This document shows positions 1-9,308 of a DNA stretch of 64,000 nucleotides, piece by piece. The position numbers were made by a program, and so were the translations under genes. How positions within the stretch are numbered: the stretch's first letter is position 1; every line of letters begins with the position of its first letter. Source of the stretch: an uncultured virus (IMG/VR IMGVR_UViG_3300010883_000018) (taxonomy: Duplodnaviria; Heunggongvirae; Uroviricota; Caudoviricetes). The notes under the pieces were generated by a model. That model was not told the origin of the DNA. It did no database searches and worked only from the letters and a program-made list of their open reading frames with translations. The DNA is taken from the IMG/VR virus record IMGVR_UViG_3300010883_000018; one strand, 5' to 3'.

Positions 1-103
1 AGTTAGCTCAAGTGCAGTACCGGTGCAAAGCTCAAGTGCAGTACCGGTGCAAAGCTCAAGTGCAGTACCGGTAGTTAGCTCAAGTGCAGTACCGGTAGTT
101 AGC
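1..103 (+). repeat. 24-bp coding tandem repeat (about 4.3 copies) encoding SSSAVPV[Q/V]
   Basis: Unit agctcaagtgcagtaccggt(gcaa/agtt) repeats in frame from the window edge. Confidence 0.95.
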
Positions 104-730
104 GATAGTTTATCGATCTCTAACATCAGTTCGTTTATTAGCAGCATATCGCTCAACCCGTCAGGTTCGAGTTGCTGCGCTTACCCGCTACCGTTGACGA
201 TTCCGTTCCGGGCTTTCATCACCGGACCGTGTACGGGTGGTATTCCGACAGCGGTTGCGGACTGTGGCGTATTGATATGGGACGCTAGTCAACAGGCTTG
301 GTGTGGCAGTTGCTCGTCAGCCTGTATCGGCGGGCCTGGTACGTATGATGTTGATATCTGCATTTATTGCGGAAAAGATAGCGGCGGGTCGGTACCTGAA
401 TATCGCATGGTTGTTAATCAGTGCGGTGGCGGGGATCAGGAGGGCGGCCCCGTTGACGCCACATTTGTCTGTACACCGGATTGTTTCACCGCTGACTGGA
501 CCTTCAAAATGCCGAGGCGTGGCGGCCCGGGAGAACCACCAGATGTTGAATGCGCGTGTTGTGAATGGCCGCATTTACTAGATATTCAGATCGGTTTGGG
601 TTGTTCGTCTAGTAGTGCGATCCCCAGTGCTGGCGTTGATCTACCCAGCATGAGTGCTGGCGTTGATCTACCCAGCATGAGTGCTAGCGATGAAAACCTC
701 AGTATCAGTTTACCCACTACCCCCGCATAA
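2..730 (+). CDS. 5'-truncated Ser-rich/Cys-rich putative virion fibre or surface protein
   Basis: Frame is open from the window edge; Ser-rich repeats flank a Cys-rich domain; lies next to collagen-like genes. Confidence 0.6.
   Translation, partial: VSSSAVPVQSSSAVPVQSSSAVPVVSSSAVPVVSDSLSISNISSFISSISLNPSGSSCCAYPLPLTIPFRAFITGPCTGGIPTAVADCGVLIWDASQQAWCGSCSSACIGGPGTYDVDICIYCGKDSGGSVPEYRMVVNQCGGGDQEGGPVDATFVCTPDCFTADWTFKMPRRGGPGEPPDVECACCEWPHLLDIQIGLGCSSSSAIPSAGVDLPSMSAGVDLPSMSASDENLSISLPTTPA
626..685 (+). repeat. 27-bp coding tandem repeat (SAGVDLPSM x2)
   Basis: agtgctggcgttgatctacccagcatg occurs twice in tandem. Confidence 0.95.
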
Positions 731-765
731 CAGTCGCGAACGTAGACCTTCCTGGACTTGCCACA

Positions 766-1233
766 ATGGCTCCAATCTTTGACATTACAAAATGCCCGGT
801 TCCGTCATTGGGCCCTATTTCGCTGCTGCCATTTATCAGCGACTGTTCGATTCCGGATGCGCCGTTAGGTATTTTTGAGTGTCCGGATATCGATCTGAAC
901 TTTCCGATAGAGCCGAAACCGGGCGGGGATGGCCCTCCAGGACTGCAAGGTCCGTCAGGTTCTGCCGGCATAGACGGACCACCAGGTGCTGCCGGGGCGA
1001 CAGGTCCGCCGGGCGCCGCCGGTATTTGTGAAGAACCACCATGTTGCTGGTATGTATGGTGTACTCCGGGTGTTTGGGTATTAACGCACGCGGGACCGCT
1101 TGCCGATTGCGAGCTTCTGGGGGAACCCCCTATTTCAGGTTCCTACTATGGTCAGGTTGAAATCATCTGTCCGTGTGAAGAAGTTTCAAGCAGTCTTTCG
1201 CTTTCGCTTTCGTCCAGTGCCAGAGGGGCGTAA
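766..1233 (+). CDS. Collagen-like, Cys-rich putative fibre protein
   Basis: Gly-X-Y run (GPPGLQGPSGSAGIDGPPGAAGATGPPG); N-terminus MAPIFDI.KCPV shared with the next gene. Confidence 0.8.
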   Translation: MAPIFDITKCPVPSLGPISLLPFISDCSIPDAPLGIFECPDIDLNFPIEPKPGGDGPPGLQGPSGSAGIDGPPGAAGATGPPGAAGICEEPPCCWYVWCTPGVWVLTHAGPLADCELLGEPPISGSYYGQVEIICPCEEVSSSLSLSLSSSARGA

Positions 1234-1236
1234 CGC

Positions 1237-2166
1237 ATGGCACCTATCTTTGACATTGCGAAGTGTCCCGTAATACCGCTGGATCCTATTGACCTTAATC
1301 CGTTCATTAGCGACTGCTCTATCCCTGGAGCACCTACTGGTATTTTTGAGTGTCCCGATCCTGCCGTGCCGTTACCGTTACCTGCGGTACCCGCTTCGGG
1401 TTCAGCGGGGCCGCCCGGCGCGCCTGGTAGCGATGGACCGGATGGCGGGCCTGGTATCGGTGGCGCTACTGGTCCCGCCGGCCCGCCTGGCGCTAACGCG
1501 GCACTCGACTTTATCTGTTGCTGGTACACGTGGTGCGCTCCCGGTCAGTGGGAGCAGGTTGTAGGCACGGGTACATGTGACGGTGACACACTTGAACCGC
1601 CAGTGAACGGTGACTATTTTGGTCAGACTAAGCTTGTTTGTCCTTGCCTATCCTTATCATCAGAGTCACTGTCGTCATCGTGTTGCCCGCCTTGCGCGAC
1701 GCTAAACCTAGCAATCGATACCGTGACCACATGTCCCCACGACGCCTTGATAAATGGTGATTTTGGTCGTGTGTTGCAGTTTATAGGCCCGGCAGGTGGT
1801 TACGAGCGATGTTGGCGGGCCATACTGTGTTATGTTTGTAACGAACGCGGGTATTGGGAGTACATCGATAGTTCGTGTTCTCAGAGCAGTTACCCGGACG
1901 GCTTAGGCCAGGTTTACTGCCCGCAAACACTGCATGAAATTATTTTCTGTTGCGATTTTAATGGCACTCCGAATCCTCCAGGGCAGCCAAGTGACCGCGG
2001 TGTCGTAGGGCGTTTGTTTGTTGATGGCGTAGAGCAGGCTACCGCGGATCTATTTGTATGTGATGGTGCTGGCGGTGGCATACAAGCACACTTCCTTGGG
2101 CGAAACTTAGGTGACGGCTGCGGTATTACTGGCGACTTTATTATAGCGGGGCCCTGTATTGACTAA
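1237..2166 (+). CDS. Collagen-like, Cys-rich putative fibre protein (paralogue of 766-1233)
   Basis: Gly-X-Y run; shared MAPIFDIxKCPV..PFISDCSIP.AP.GIFECPD and CCWY.WC.PG.W blocks. Confidence 0.8.
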   Translation: MAPIFDIAKCPVIPLDPIDLNPFISDCSIPGAPTGIFECPDPAVPLPLPAVPASGSAGPPGAPGSDGPDGGPGIGGATGPAGPPGANAALDFICCWYTWCAPGQWEQVVGTGTCDGDTLEPPVNGDYFGQTKLVCPCLSLSSESLSSSCCPPCATLNLAIDTVTTCPHDALINGDFGRVLQFIGPAGGYERCWRAILCYVCNERGYWEYIDSSCSQSSYPDGLGQVYCPQTLHEIIFCCDFNGTPNPPGQPSDRGVVGRLFVDGVEQATADLFVCDGAGGGIQAHFLGRNLGDGCGITGDFIIAGPCID

Positions 2167-2219
2167 CCTGGACTAGATCACCGCAGCTAGTTAACACCCA
2201 AGAATAGGAACGGATTCTT

Positions 2220-3284
2220 GTGGGAAAACCCATTCTACTAAGCCACCGCCGCGCGCCTGGTGACATCATCTGCATGACAGCATGCGTCCGGGATTTGGCA
2301 CTTACCTATCCCGGTGTTTACGACATCAACGTCTGGACATCTTGCCCGAGCCTGTGGAAAGAGAACCCGCACATCAAGGAAGTCTGGAACAAGCCCAAAC
2401 CAGGTATCCCACGATACGATCTAACTTACGGGCATCACATCAACCAAGCTAACCAACTACCACTGCACTTCCTGACGGCTTTCCATCGCAACCTGAATGA
2501 GCAGCTCAAGCTAGAGGTTCCGGTACTCTATCCCAAAGGGGATCTACACCTCAGCGAATGGCACAAGCAGAATCGGCCGATCGCAGAACGCTACTGGTAC
2601 TGGCTCGCTGGCGGCAAGAACGATTTCACCACGAAGATCTGGAGTAGTACGCGACACCAGCAAGCCATTAATCTTCTGCGGCAATTTGGGCTGCGGATCG
2701 TACAGGGTGGTGCCAACCATCAAGGGCATTGGCATCCGACCATGGACGGCGTGTTGAACATGGTCAATAAGACAAACTTGCGGGACATGATGTGGTTGAT
2801 CTACCACTCAGAGGGTGTGGTGTGCACCATTACGGCAGCCATGCACATGGCAGCTGCTTTTGATCGTCCGTGCGTGGTTATTGCCGGTGGTCGTGAGCAT
2901 TGGTGGTGGGAAGCCTATGTCAACGTGAACATGGAGAACTTCGGACCCCAGGCTTCCGGTAAGGTGGTTGTACCGCACCGCTATTTGCACACCCAGGGTC
3001 TACTGGACTGCTGCCGTGACCGCGGTTGTTGGCGGAACAAGGTTGTCGCTACCCAACAGGATTCGAACAAATCATACTGTAAGTACCCGGAAGGCGACGG
3101 CTACGGGCAGACAATTCCAAAATGTCTCAAAATGATCACAGTAAATCACGTTATGGAGGCAGTTATGTGGTACTATACCGCGGGTATATTACCGGATCCA
3201 CAACGCCCCTATACGGCAACTGATCATTATGCCCGACTTAGTACAGAAGCAATGTTCCAAGTGCCATCAAAATTTACCGATTGA
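2220..3284 (+). CDS. Glycosyltransferase family 9 (ADP-heptose heptosyltransferase-like)
   Basis: RRAPGDII N-terminal motif, K.W motif, LNMVNKTNLRDMMWLIYHSEGVVC..TAAMHMAAAFDRPCVVI typical of GT9/RfaF. Confidence 0.85.
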   Translation: MGKPILLSHRRAPGDIICMTACVRDLALTYPGVYDINVWTSCPSLWKENPHIKEVWNKPKPGIPRYDLTYGHHINQANQLPLHFLTAFHRNLNEQLKLEVPVLYPKGDLHLSEWHKQNRPIAERYWYWLAGGKNDFTTKIWSSTRHQQAINLLRQFGLRIVQGGANHQGHWHPTMDGVLNMVNKTNLRDMMWLIYHSEGVVCTITAAMHMAAAFDRPCVVIAGGREHWWWEAYVNVNMENFGPQASGKVVVPHRYLHTQGLLDCCRDRGCWRNKVVATQQDSNKSYCKYPEGDGYGQTIPKCLKMITVNHVMEAVMWYYTAGILPDPQRPYTATDHYARLSTEAMFQVPSKFTD

Positions 3285-3861
3285 ACAATTCCACAAAGAT
3301 TCCCGTCGCAAGGACGGTGTGTTCATTTGGTGTAAACGTTGCAGTAGTACAGCTAAATGGAAACGGTGCACCAAATGTAAAAAAGAAAAGAATTCACACG
3401 GATTTAGTGCTGGGCAGTTGCGGTGTAAAGAGTGTCAATTTGCAGCAGGTGTTTGGTTCTGTTGTAGTTGTAAGAAAATCAAACCGTTGGAGAAATTCGG
3501 CAAAAGTACGATTAGAACACGAGGATTCAATATTCGATGCAAAGCCTGCTGCCGCGACGACCAACAAAAAAATAGGCACGCGATTTCTGAGTACAAGCGG
3601 GAACGGAACTTTGGTATGTCTCGCGGAACATACGCCAGCATGTTTGCATCACAGGGTGGCGTTTGTGCAATATGTAAACAACCATCAAGCCAGGTTAGAC
3701 AGGGTAAACTCGTTGCATTACATGTCGACCATGACCACGCTACAAGCCAAGTACGGGGCTTACTGTGTGTTGACTGCAATCTTGGTATCGGCAGGCTGAA
3801 AAATAATCCTGAATTGATGGAACAGGCGGCAGAATATGTCAGACGACACTTATCGCAGTAA
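3229..3861 (+). CDS. Endonuclease VII-type (His-Me finger) homing endonuclease with Zn-finger repeats
   Basis: Repeated CxxC units, then QGGVCAIC...LHVDHDHATSQVRGLLCVDCNLGIG. Confidence 0.9.
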   Translation: MPDLVQKQCSKCHQNLPIEQFHKDSRRKDGVFIWCKRCSSTAKWKRCTKCKKEKNSHGFSAGQLRCKECQFAAGVWFCCSCKKIKPLEKFGKSTIRTRGFNIRCKACCRDDQQKNRHAISEYKRERNFGMSRGTYASMFASQGGVCAICKQPSSQVRQGKLVALHVDHDHATSQVRGLLCVDCNLGIGRLKNNPELMEQAAEYVRRHLSQ

Positions 3862-5005
3862 CGCGTTTAATTGTCCGCATTGTCAAAAAACATTGGCGCC
3901 TATAGGGATGCCGCCAGACTACGATGGCACCTTACCCCCCGTCGGGGATCCCCCCGAGATCAACATGCCCGAGCCTGACGCGGCGGCACCAGCAACACAG
4001 TCGGTTGCACCCCCGCCGACGACTGCTCGATTTATAGATCTCTTTGCAACCGTGGAGCAATTACAGCAGCCACCCGCGGCTAAAGTACCACTGACCACAC
4101 CCGCGGACTTCCCGCCACCGCAAGTCACGCAACCGTTATCTACTCCGCCCGCGAGCACGATACTTACGGCGCCGCCCACGCTGATCCAGGCGATGGAGCA
4201 GAAACCCAAACCAGTACCCAGGCAGGCCCGCACGCCCGACCCCATGGATGATCCAGTTATCGGCGGACGGTTCACAGTCTGCGTGTGCCTGTACGGCAAC
4301 TATCACGAGATGCATACCAGTTGCTTGAACTCCATCCTGAGTACGATACCAGCTAGTCGTCGTCAAATTCGTGTGGCTTGCAACGAGGTCTGTAACGCCA
4401 CGCTCAATTACCTGAGTCGGCTGCAGTCTGAACAAGCGATCTACAAGGTCATGATCAGTCCCACGAACTTGAAGAAGTACCCGGCCATGCGGCGGATGTT
4501 CTGGGATGACGAGCCGATCACTGACAACTGGATCGTGTGGTTTGATGATGACTCAATTGCCAATCGCGATCCTGCCTGGTCCGGCAAACTAGCCCAGGCC
4601 ATCATCGCAGCCTACGACAATGGCTGTCGGTTCTTCGGCGCAGCCCACATCTGGAGTTTCAACGCGTCACAGCGTGAGTGGATCAAAAGCCGTGCTTGGT
4701 ACAAGGGTCGCCCGTTCCAGCTTAAGAATGGTACTGAGGCACCCAACGGGGAGAAGGTGATCTTTCCTGTCGGCGGTTTTTGGGCTATGGAGACGAAAGC
4801 TATGCGAGAGGCTGGGATCCCCGATGAGCAGATCGGTAATAACGGCGGGGACTACATGATTGCCGAGCAGCTGTGGCAGGCGGGTTACAAGATGAAGAAC
4901 TGGAATGGGCAAAAGCAGTTCATCCATACCTCCTCGGTCAAACGTCGTGGCCTATCCGAGAAACACACGGGCGCGTCTGGCTGGGTACCTGGGGGCAATA
5001 CGTAA
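3836..5005 (+). CDS. Pro-rich linker plus GT-A fold (GT2-like) glycosyltransferase domain
   Basis: FTVCVCLYG...CLNSIL, WIVWFDDD (DxD-like), GGFWAM; true start uncertain. Confidence 0.65.
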   Translation: MSDDTYRSNAFNCPHCQKTLAPIGMPPDYDGTLPPVGDPPEINMPEPDAAAPATQSVAPPPTTARFIDLFATVEQLQQPPAAKVPLTTPADFPPPQVTQPLSTPPASTILTAPPTLIQAMEQKPKPVPRQARTPDPMDDPVIGGRFTVCVCLYGNYHEMHTSCLNSILSTIPASRRQIRVACNEVCNATLNYLSRLQSEQAIYKVMISPTNLKKYPAMRRMFWDDEPITDNWIVWFDDDSIANRDPAWSGKLAQAIIAAYDNGCRFFGAAHIWSFNASQREWIKSRAWYKGRPFQLKNGTEAPNGEKVIFPVGGFWAMETKAMREAGIPDEQIGNNGGDYMIAEQLWQAGYKMKNWNGQKQFIHTSSVKRRGLSEKHTGASGWVPGGNT

Positions 5006-5343
5006 TGCAGATGACGCGGCAGGTTATTATCGACATGATTGGTGATGCGGGGTTCTATCAAACCTGCCCGTATTTTTTGCACATGCGGGATTTAGGCCTT
5101 CGCTGTTACAATGAATACATGCAGGAAATGACCAGTGCGTGCGAGGGATGTACTCAGGGTAAAGTACTGGCACCGGCCATAGGTGCATTTGTAGCCCAAC
5201 TGATGTTGCTACGAGTCGAGCAGCCTGCGGCCCTGGAACAGATCAAAGATTACATTGGTACACGACGCCCCAAACGACCCCAGTCACTTACGATGTTTCA
5301 CCGCAGCAGTAAGACTAACAGGATAGAACAGTTCAAGTTCTAA
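5005..5343 (+). CDS. Hypothetical protein
   Basis: ATG overlaps the upstream stop; weak similarity to 5881-6204 (I..M..D..F.Q..P). Confidence 0.6.
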   Translation: MQMTRQVIIDMIGDAGFYQTCPYFLHMRDLGLRCYNEYMQEMTSACEGCTQGKVLAPAIGAFVAQLMLLRVEQPAALEQIKDYIGTRRPKRPQSLTMFHRSSKTNRIEQFKF

Positions 5344-5353
5344 GGGAGCAGGG

Positions 5354-5884
5354 ATGTCTAGTGGAAGTAGTGAGAGTGCCAGCCTCAGTAGCAGCTCCAG
5401 CTCTGTCTCCAGTGAAGGTACGCCAGTCTCGTCTAGTAGTGCGGGTGCTGCCGTTGTGACCTGCGGGCCCAATGACCGCCGCATTGAGTTGGTTCCGTAC
5501 TTTCATAAAGACTGGGTCATCAACAAGCATCACGGCTTCCGCATACGCGTCGAGGCGAGAAATGCCTGCAACATCGACGCAGAGGTTTTCCGACACTACC
5601 GCTATCCGCCAGACCAACTGACGGGCGCTACTGAAGATCATTTCACTGGCGTGTGTTCCTGGCCAGACATGGCGGAGCTGCCCATCACAGAGCCGCGGGA
5701 TACAGACTGCCCGAAGGCTTTTCGGCTCTCCTACTTTGACATCGTGGTGGATACAGAAGCTCTGGCGAGTGAGACGTGGCTGTTGGTGAAAGCTGAAGTG
5801 GACGAGCTGGTCGCAACCATCAACTCCGGTCAAGTGTTAGTAGCAGCTGACACGCATTGGGCCGGCGGAGCGCCACCGCTATGA
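5354..5884 (+). CDS. Hypothetical protein with Ser-rich N-terminus
   Basis: GGGAG RBS; tight operon spacing. Confidence 0.7.
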   Translation: MSSGSSESASLSSSSSSVSSEGTPVSSSSAGAAVVTCGPNDRRIELVPYFHKDWVINKHHGFRIRVEARNACNIDAEVFRHYRYPPDQLTGATEDHFTGVCSWPDMAELPITEPRDTDCPKAFRLSYFDIVVDTEALASETWLLVKAEVDELVATINSGQVLVAADTHWAGGAPPL

Positions 5885-6204
5885 CCCGACCGCGAGTAGA
5901 GGTATCCAATGGTGTGATCAACCAGATGGTGAACGATCCTAAGTTCACCCAGGTATTTCCTTTCCTCACCTCGTTTGTCACACAAGTCACGCGTACTAGT
6001 CGGGTAGGCGGCTGCCGTTGTCGCAAGAAGGCAATCAAAGCCGTGACTACGACCAGCCAGCAAATTAACTACAACGGCATCCGCATGCAGATCGTGACCA
6101 TGCCGAACGCCAAAAAAATCAAACTCAAACAGCTCCTCGCGGCCAAACAATTGCGAGTGACCTATAAGAATCCGCAGGGCAAGATCCGCGCGATTCTCTT
6201 CTAA
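5881..6204 (+). CDS. Hypothetical basic protein
   Basis: ATGA overlap with the upstream gene. Confidence 0.7.
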   Translation: MTRPRVEVSNGVINQMVNDPKFTQVFPFLTSFVTQVTRTSRVGGCRCRKKAIKAVTTTSQQINYNGIRMQIVTMPNAKKIKLKQLLAAKQLRVTYKNPQGKIRAILF

Positions 6205-6318
6205 ACTGGGCCCACAAATGCGGCACTTTAACTTGAAGCTCCTTTAGGGGTCGAAGCTTCCTGGAGGAAAGGCGCACCCAGTTACAGACCCCACTCACAT
6301 AGCGTTAGGAGATATGCT

Positions 6319-6513
6319 ATGCATGCTGGTTTTTCTGAGGAACGGCTGCTACACAGCAGCAGCGAGCCCACACAAGCTGAGCTCGACAAGGAAGTCGCCC
6401 GCTTGACGGGCGAGACCCGCAGCACGATCTCAAGCATGGGATTTTCCCCTGCTTGGGGCTCCTTCGACATGAAGTCGGGGGAAGACGATTATCAGCCAAA
6501 CCGCCCCCGGTAG
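6319..6513 (+). CDS. Small hypothetical protein
   Basis: AGGAG RBS upstream. Confidence 0.45.
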   Translation: MHAGFSEERLLHSSSEPTQAELDKEVARLTGETRSTISSMGFSPAWGSFDMKSGEDDYQPNRPR

Positions 6514-6765
6514 GTTTGGCTAAAGTCGACACAGAAACGCGGCACATTAATATGAACATGTGTTAGCGTTGCACACGGGCTCGGGTTTGACTCATACTCA
6601 TTCCCGGGCCCTACTTATGGAGGCCGGATGGTTCGCTTTGTGCGCCATTGCTGGCCATGCCTAGAGCGTCGTAGCTCAGGCCTCCACTTGGGGTTTCCTG
6701 TAAGGGGTAACCCATAGACGTGTAATGCGTCGGATCCTTGTTGTCGAAAGGTGACAAGGATTCTT

Positions 6766-6882
6766 TAGCCGGCGGGCTATAAACGTATTCGCGTACTGGC
6801 CACGTGTAGTGGCCAACTGAGCCCGGTGTTGCAGCACCGGTCTCTTTTATTTCTGCAACTCGCTGCAACATGGAGATTTGTT
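6766..6882 (+). promoter_or_regulatory. Repeated multi-hairpin leader, copy 1
   Basis: tagcc-GGCG-ggcta hairpin; ggccac/gtggcc hairpin; gagcccggtg-TTGCAG-caccggtctc plus T-tract; ctgcaac x2; GGAG RBS. Confidence 0.9.
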
Positions 6883-7326
6883 ATGACTACGTTTTTGGGA
6901 GCTATGAGTCGCATGGGTGCGTGGTTTTTGTATGTCGTCACGCTGCCGCTGTGCGGCATGCTGTGGGTAGCTCGCGAGGTCGGTGACCGCTACCTGGTCA
7001 CCGTCTACAACGCACAGCTGCGGTTCGCCGCGGCGTCGCAGGGAGACGAGCACCCACGGCAGTGGGACCAGATGTCCTCTGGAAGCAGTCAGCCAGATTA
7101 CAGCCTCAAGGTCGCCGTGACCTTGAAGCAGCCAGTGGAGGGCACGCGTGCCCTCCGCGACGAGGTGCTCCAACAGTCGCGCCTGTTGGAGGTCCTCGTA
7201 AGGGATCTCCGTGACGACGCGTCGGTGGCCCGGCGACTCGCCGAGGACGTCGAAGAGGCAGACGAGGCAGCCGCGGCGGAAGAGGCAGACGAGGCAGAGG
7301 AGCGGCGGGCGCAGGCGAGCTTCTAG
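6883..7326 (+). CDS. Hypothetical membrane-anchored protein with acidic tail
   Basis: ATG follows the leader RBS; hydrophobic N-terminal segment. Confidence 0.7.
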   Translation: MTTFLGAMSRMGAWFLYVVTLPLCGMLWVAREVGDRYLVTVYNAQLRFAAASQGDEHPRQWDQMSSGSSQPDYSLKVAVTLKQPVEGTRALRDEVLQQSRLLEVLVRDLRDDASVARRLAEDVEEADEAAAAEEADEAEERRAQASF

Positions 7327-7331
7327 GCTGC

Positions 7332-7451
7332 CGTCCGACGGGACGTTAAACACGCATTCGCGAAACGGCCACATGTAGTGGCCACTGAGACCCGGTGTTG
7401 CAGCACCGGGTCTCTTTTATTTCTGCAACAACCTGCAACGAGGAGATTGAG
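7332..7451 (+). promoter_or_regulatory. Repeated multi-hairpin leader, copy 2
   Basis: cgtcc-GACG-ggacg; gagacccggtg-TTGCAG-caccgggtctc-TTTT; ctgcaac x2; GAGGAG. Confidence 0.9.
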
Positions 7452-8153
7452 ATGATCGAGATTAAACATTGGGTTGACGACTCAGAGTCGCCGACGCTCC
7501 AAAGATTTGACGCGATATCAGGTGACCGGAACGTCGGTTACCTCACATCGCACCCTGCTACGGATGGCGGGATATGGCTGAAAGGCCTCAAGGTCGCAGC
7601 GGACTGTAGGCGGCAGGGTATTGCCAGGAGGTTGCTGGAGTATGCTCTGGCTTACTACAACGGCCAGGAGCTGTCGTTGCGTGCGAAGCCCTATGCTGGG
7701 GGTGTCGCGACGTGCGACGATCTGCAGAAGTTCTATGGCGAGTACGGATTCGTTCCGTACGACGATGAAGGCCGCATGACTCGCCCTGCTTCCCCTAGTC
7801 GGGAAGCAACCAGAAACCGCGTCGAGGTGCTACTGCATCTCGGCGATGGCTTCCTCGTCGAACGACTGGCCGACCCGCGTTGGCCAGACTCAATCGGCAA
7901 AACTCGCTGTCCCGGCGGGAAGATTGAAGAGGGGGAATCTCCGCTAACCGCGCTAGTGCGGGAGCTGGGTGAAGAGTACGACCTGGACGTCGTCCCGGCG
8001 ATGTTCGCGTTTGTTAGCCGCGTGGATGGTCCGCGTGGCTACCTCACCCGCTACGCAGCTGCAGCTCCGCCAACGTGGGTGGGGTTGCCGTGCGTCGAGG
8101 GCGGGGGTGAGGTGCTAGTTCAGACCAGGGCGCAACCGGCACCCTGGTTTTAG
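7452..8153 (+). CDS. GNAT acetyltransferase-NUDIX hydrolase fusion
   Basis: V...RRQGIARRLL acetyl-CoA motif; Nudix box GGKIEEGESPLTALVRELGEEY. Confidence 0.85.
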   Translation: MIEIKHWVDDSESPTLQRFDAISGDRNVGYLTSHPATDGGIWLKGLKVAADCRRQGIARRLLEYALAYYNGQELSLRAKPYAGGVATCDDLQKFYGEYGFVPYDDEGRMTRPASPSREATRNRVEVLLHLGDGFLVERLADPRWPDSIGKTRCPGGKIEEGESPLTALVRELGEEYDLDVVPAMFAFVSRVDGPRGYLTRYAAAAPPTWVGLPCVEGGGEVLVQTRAQPAPWF

Positions 8154-8162
8154 GTTTAGGAG

Positions 8163-8567
8163 GTGGTCATGGATACTCCGGAAGTTATTTTCGGCAAGGT
8201 ACAGCACCGCCTTCCAGCGGGTGCCTGCCTTGCGTCTGGCGGTTTGCTGGACGCTCGCGGGGTATCGGACGTTGACGTTATTGTCATCGACCCTGCCCGT
8301 GATGAAAAATTCACGATCCACGGTTACGACCGCGTGATCAATGTAAAGATCTCATCCGACCCCGCTGCTTTACGGTCTGTAAGGCATCGGGAGTTGGAGT
8401 TGCGGCTAGAGCTGGAGTACCCAGCAATAGCTGCGAGAGCCCGCGAAGCTAAAGCTAGTGGGCTCAGTACCGAAGCCGCTTGGGCAAGTGTGCTGGTCCT
8501 TAAAGGATGTCCTTACGAAGCCATGTTGGATGCTGATGCTGTATTAGAGACAGCAGCGTCAGCGTAG
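8163..8567 (+). CDS. Possible pol-beta-like nucleotidyltransferase-fold protein
   Basis: SGG......SDVDV resembles the GS..DxD motif. Confidence 0.4.
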   Translation: MVMDTPEVIFGKVQHRLPAGACLASGGLLDARGVSDVDVIVIDPARDEKFTIHGYDRVINVKISSDPAALRSVRHRELELRLELEYPAIAARAREAKASGLSTEAAWASVLVLKGCPYEAMLDADAVLETAASA

Positions 8568-8672
8568 TTCCGTCTCCAAAGGAGGTGCATTATTCGCATC
8601 GACGACAAGGCCATTACCGGCCAAACCCGCGAACGCGTTAACGCCGCGTTCTCGGAAGCATTCAACTGGTCC

Positions 8673-8930
8673 ATGCCTGTCGACCGCGACAGCATGGTCC
8701 ACGATTGGATGATCGGCGGCGACTGCGTGGAGTTGCTGATTGGCGGAGAGCTATGGTTGGTGAGCGACACCGACCATTGTGTATTTGATGCAGTGCTCGA
8801 TACGAGTATCCACACTGCAATCGGCCACGATGGTGGTCAGTGGATCTGCAATCACGAGCTATTTGAGCTCGTGATGGAGTTGTCCCCCAAGGAGTCCTGC
8901 CGAGAGGCCGAACTCCGAATGGGCTGTTAG
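8673..8930 (+). CDS. Hypothetical protein (start may lie further upstream, after the AAGGAGG near 8580)
   Basis: ORF in the island; strong RBS upstream. Confidence 0.5.
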   Translation: MPVDRDSMVHDWMIGGDCVELLIGGELWLVSDTDHCVFDAVLDTSIHTAIGHDGGQWICNHELFELVMELSPKESCREAELRMGC

Positions 8931-8935
8931 CCCAC

Positions 8936-8959
8936 CGTCCGACGGGACATTAAACACGC
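8936..8959 (+). promoter_or_regulatory. Partial leader copy (first hairpin plus TAAACACGC only)
   Basis: cgtccgacgggacattaaacacgc is nearly identical to the start of copy 2. Confidence 0.8.
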
Positions 8960-9182
8960 AATTGTTTGTATGTGAGGGCAACGACATAGATCGTTGCGGA
9001 GCCAGTCCCAAGGAACTTCGGTTCCCATGTGAACCTGGCTATTGGTGGCGACCCTATGGGCGTGTCTTCGGGCACAAGACCACCGAGCAGCGGAGGATAT
9101 AGAGAAACTCCTCCAAAGTCCAACACGCGAATTTCCTCTGCGGGGGAGGCGTGCTCTGGGAAGACGAGCAAGCTGCTTAGTG
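8960..9182 (+). ncRNA. Candidate structured ncRNA (about 220 nt)
   Basis: No convincing ORF; two UUCG-capped hairpins (ggaac-TTCG-gttcc, gtgtc-TTCG-ggcac) and nested stems gcaacga/tcgttgc, agccag/ctggct, ggag/ctcc, cacgc/gcgtg, agcagc/gctgct. Confidence 0.55.
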
Positions 9183-9186
9183 CTGC

Positions 9187-9308
9187 CGTCCGGCGGGACG
9201 TAAAACACGCTTTTCGCGTACTGGTCGCATGTAGTGGCCAACTGAGACCGGTGTTGCAGCACCGGTCTCTTTTATTTCTGCAACTCGCTGCAACGAAGGA
9301 GTTTTGAG
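9187..9308 (+). promoter_or_regulatory. Repeated multi-hairpin leader, copy 3
   Basis: cgtcc-GGCG-ggacg; gagaccggtg-TTGCAG-caccggtctc-TTTT; ctgcaac x2; AAGGAG. Confidence 0.9.
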
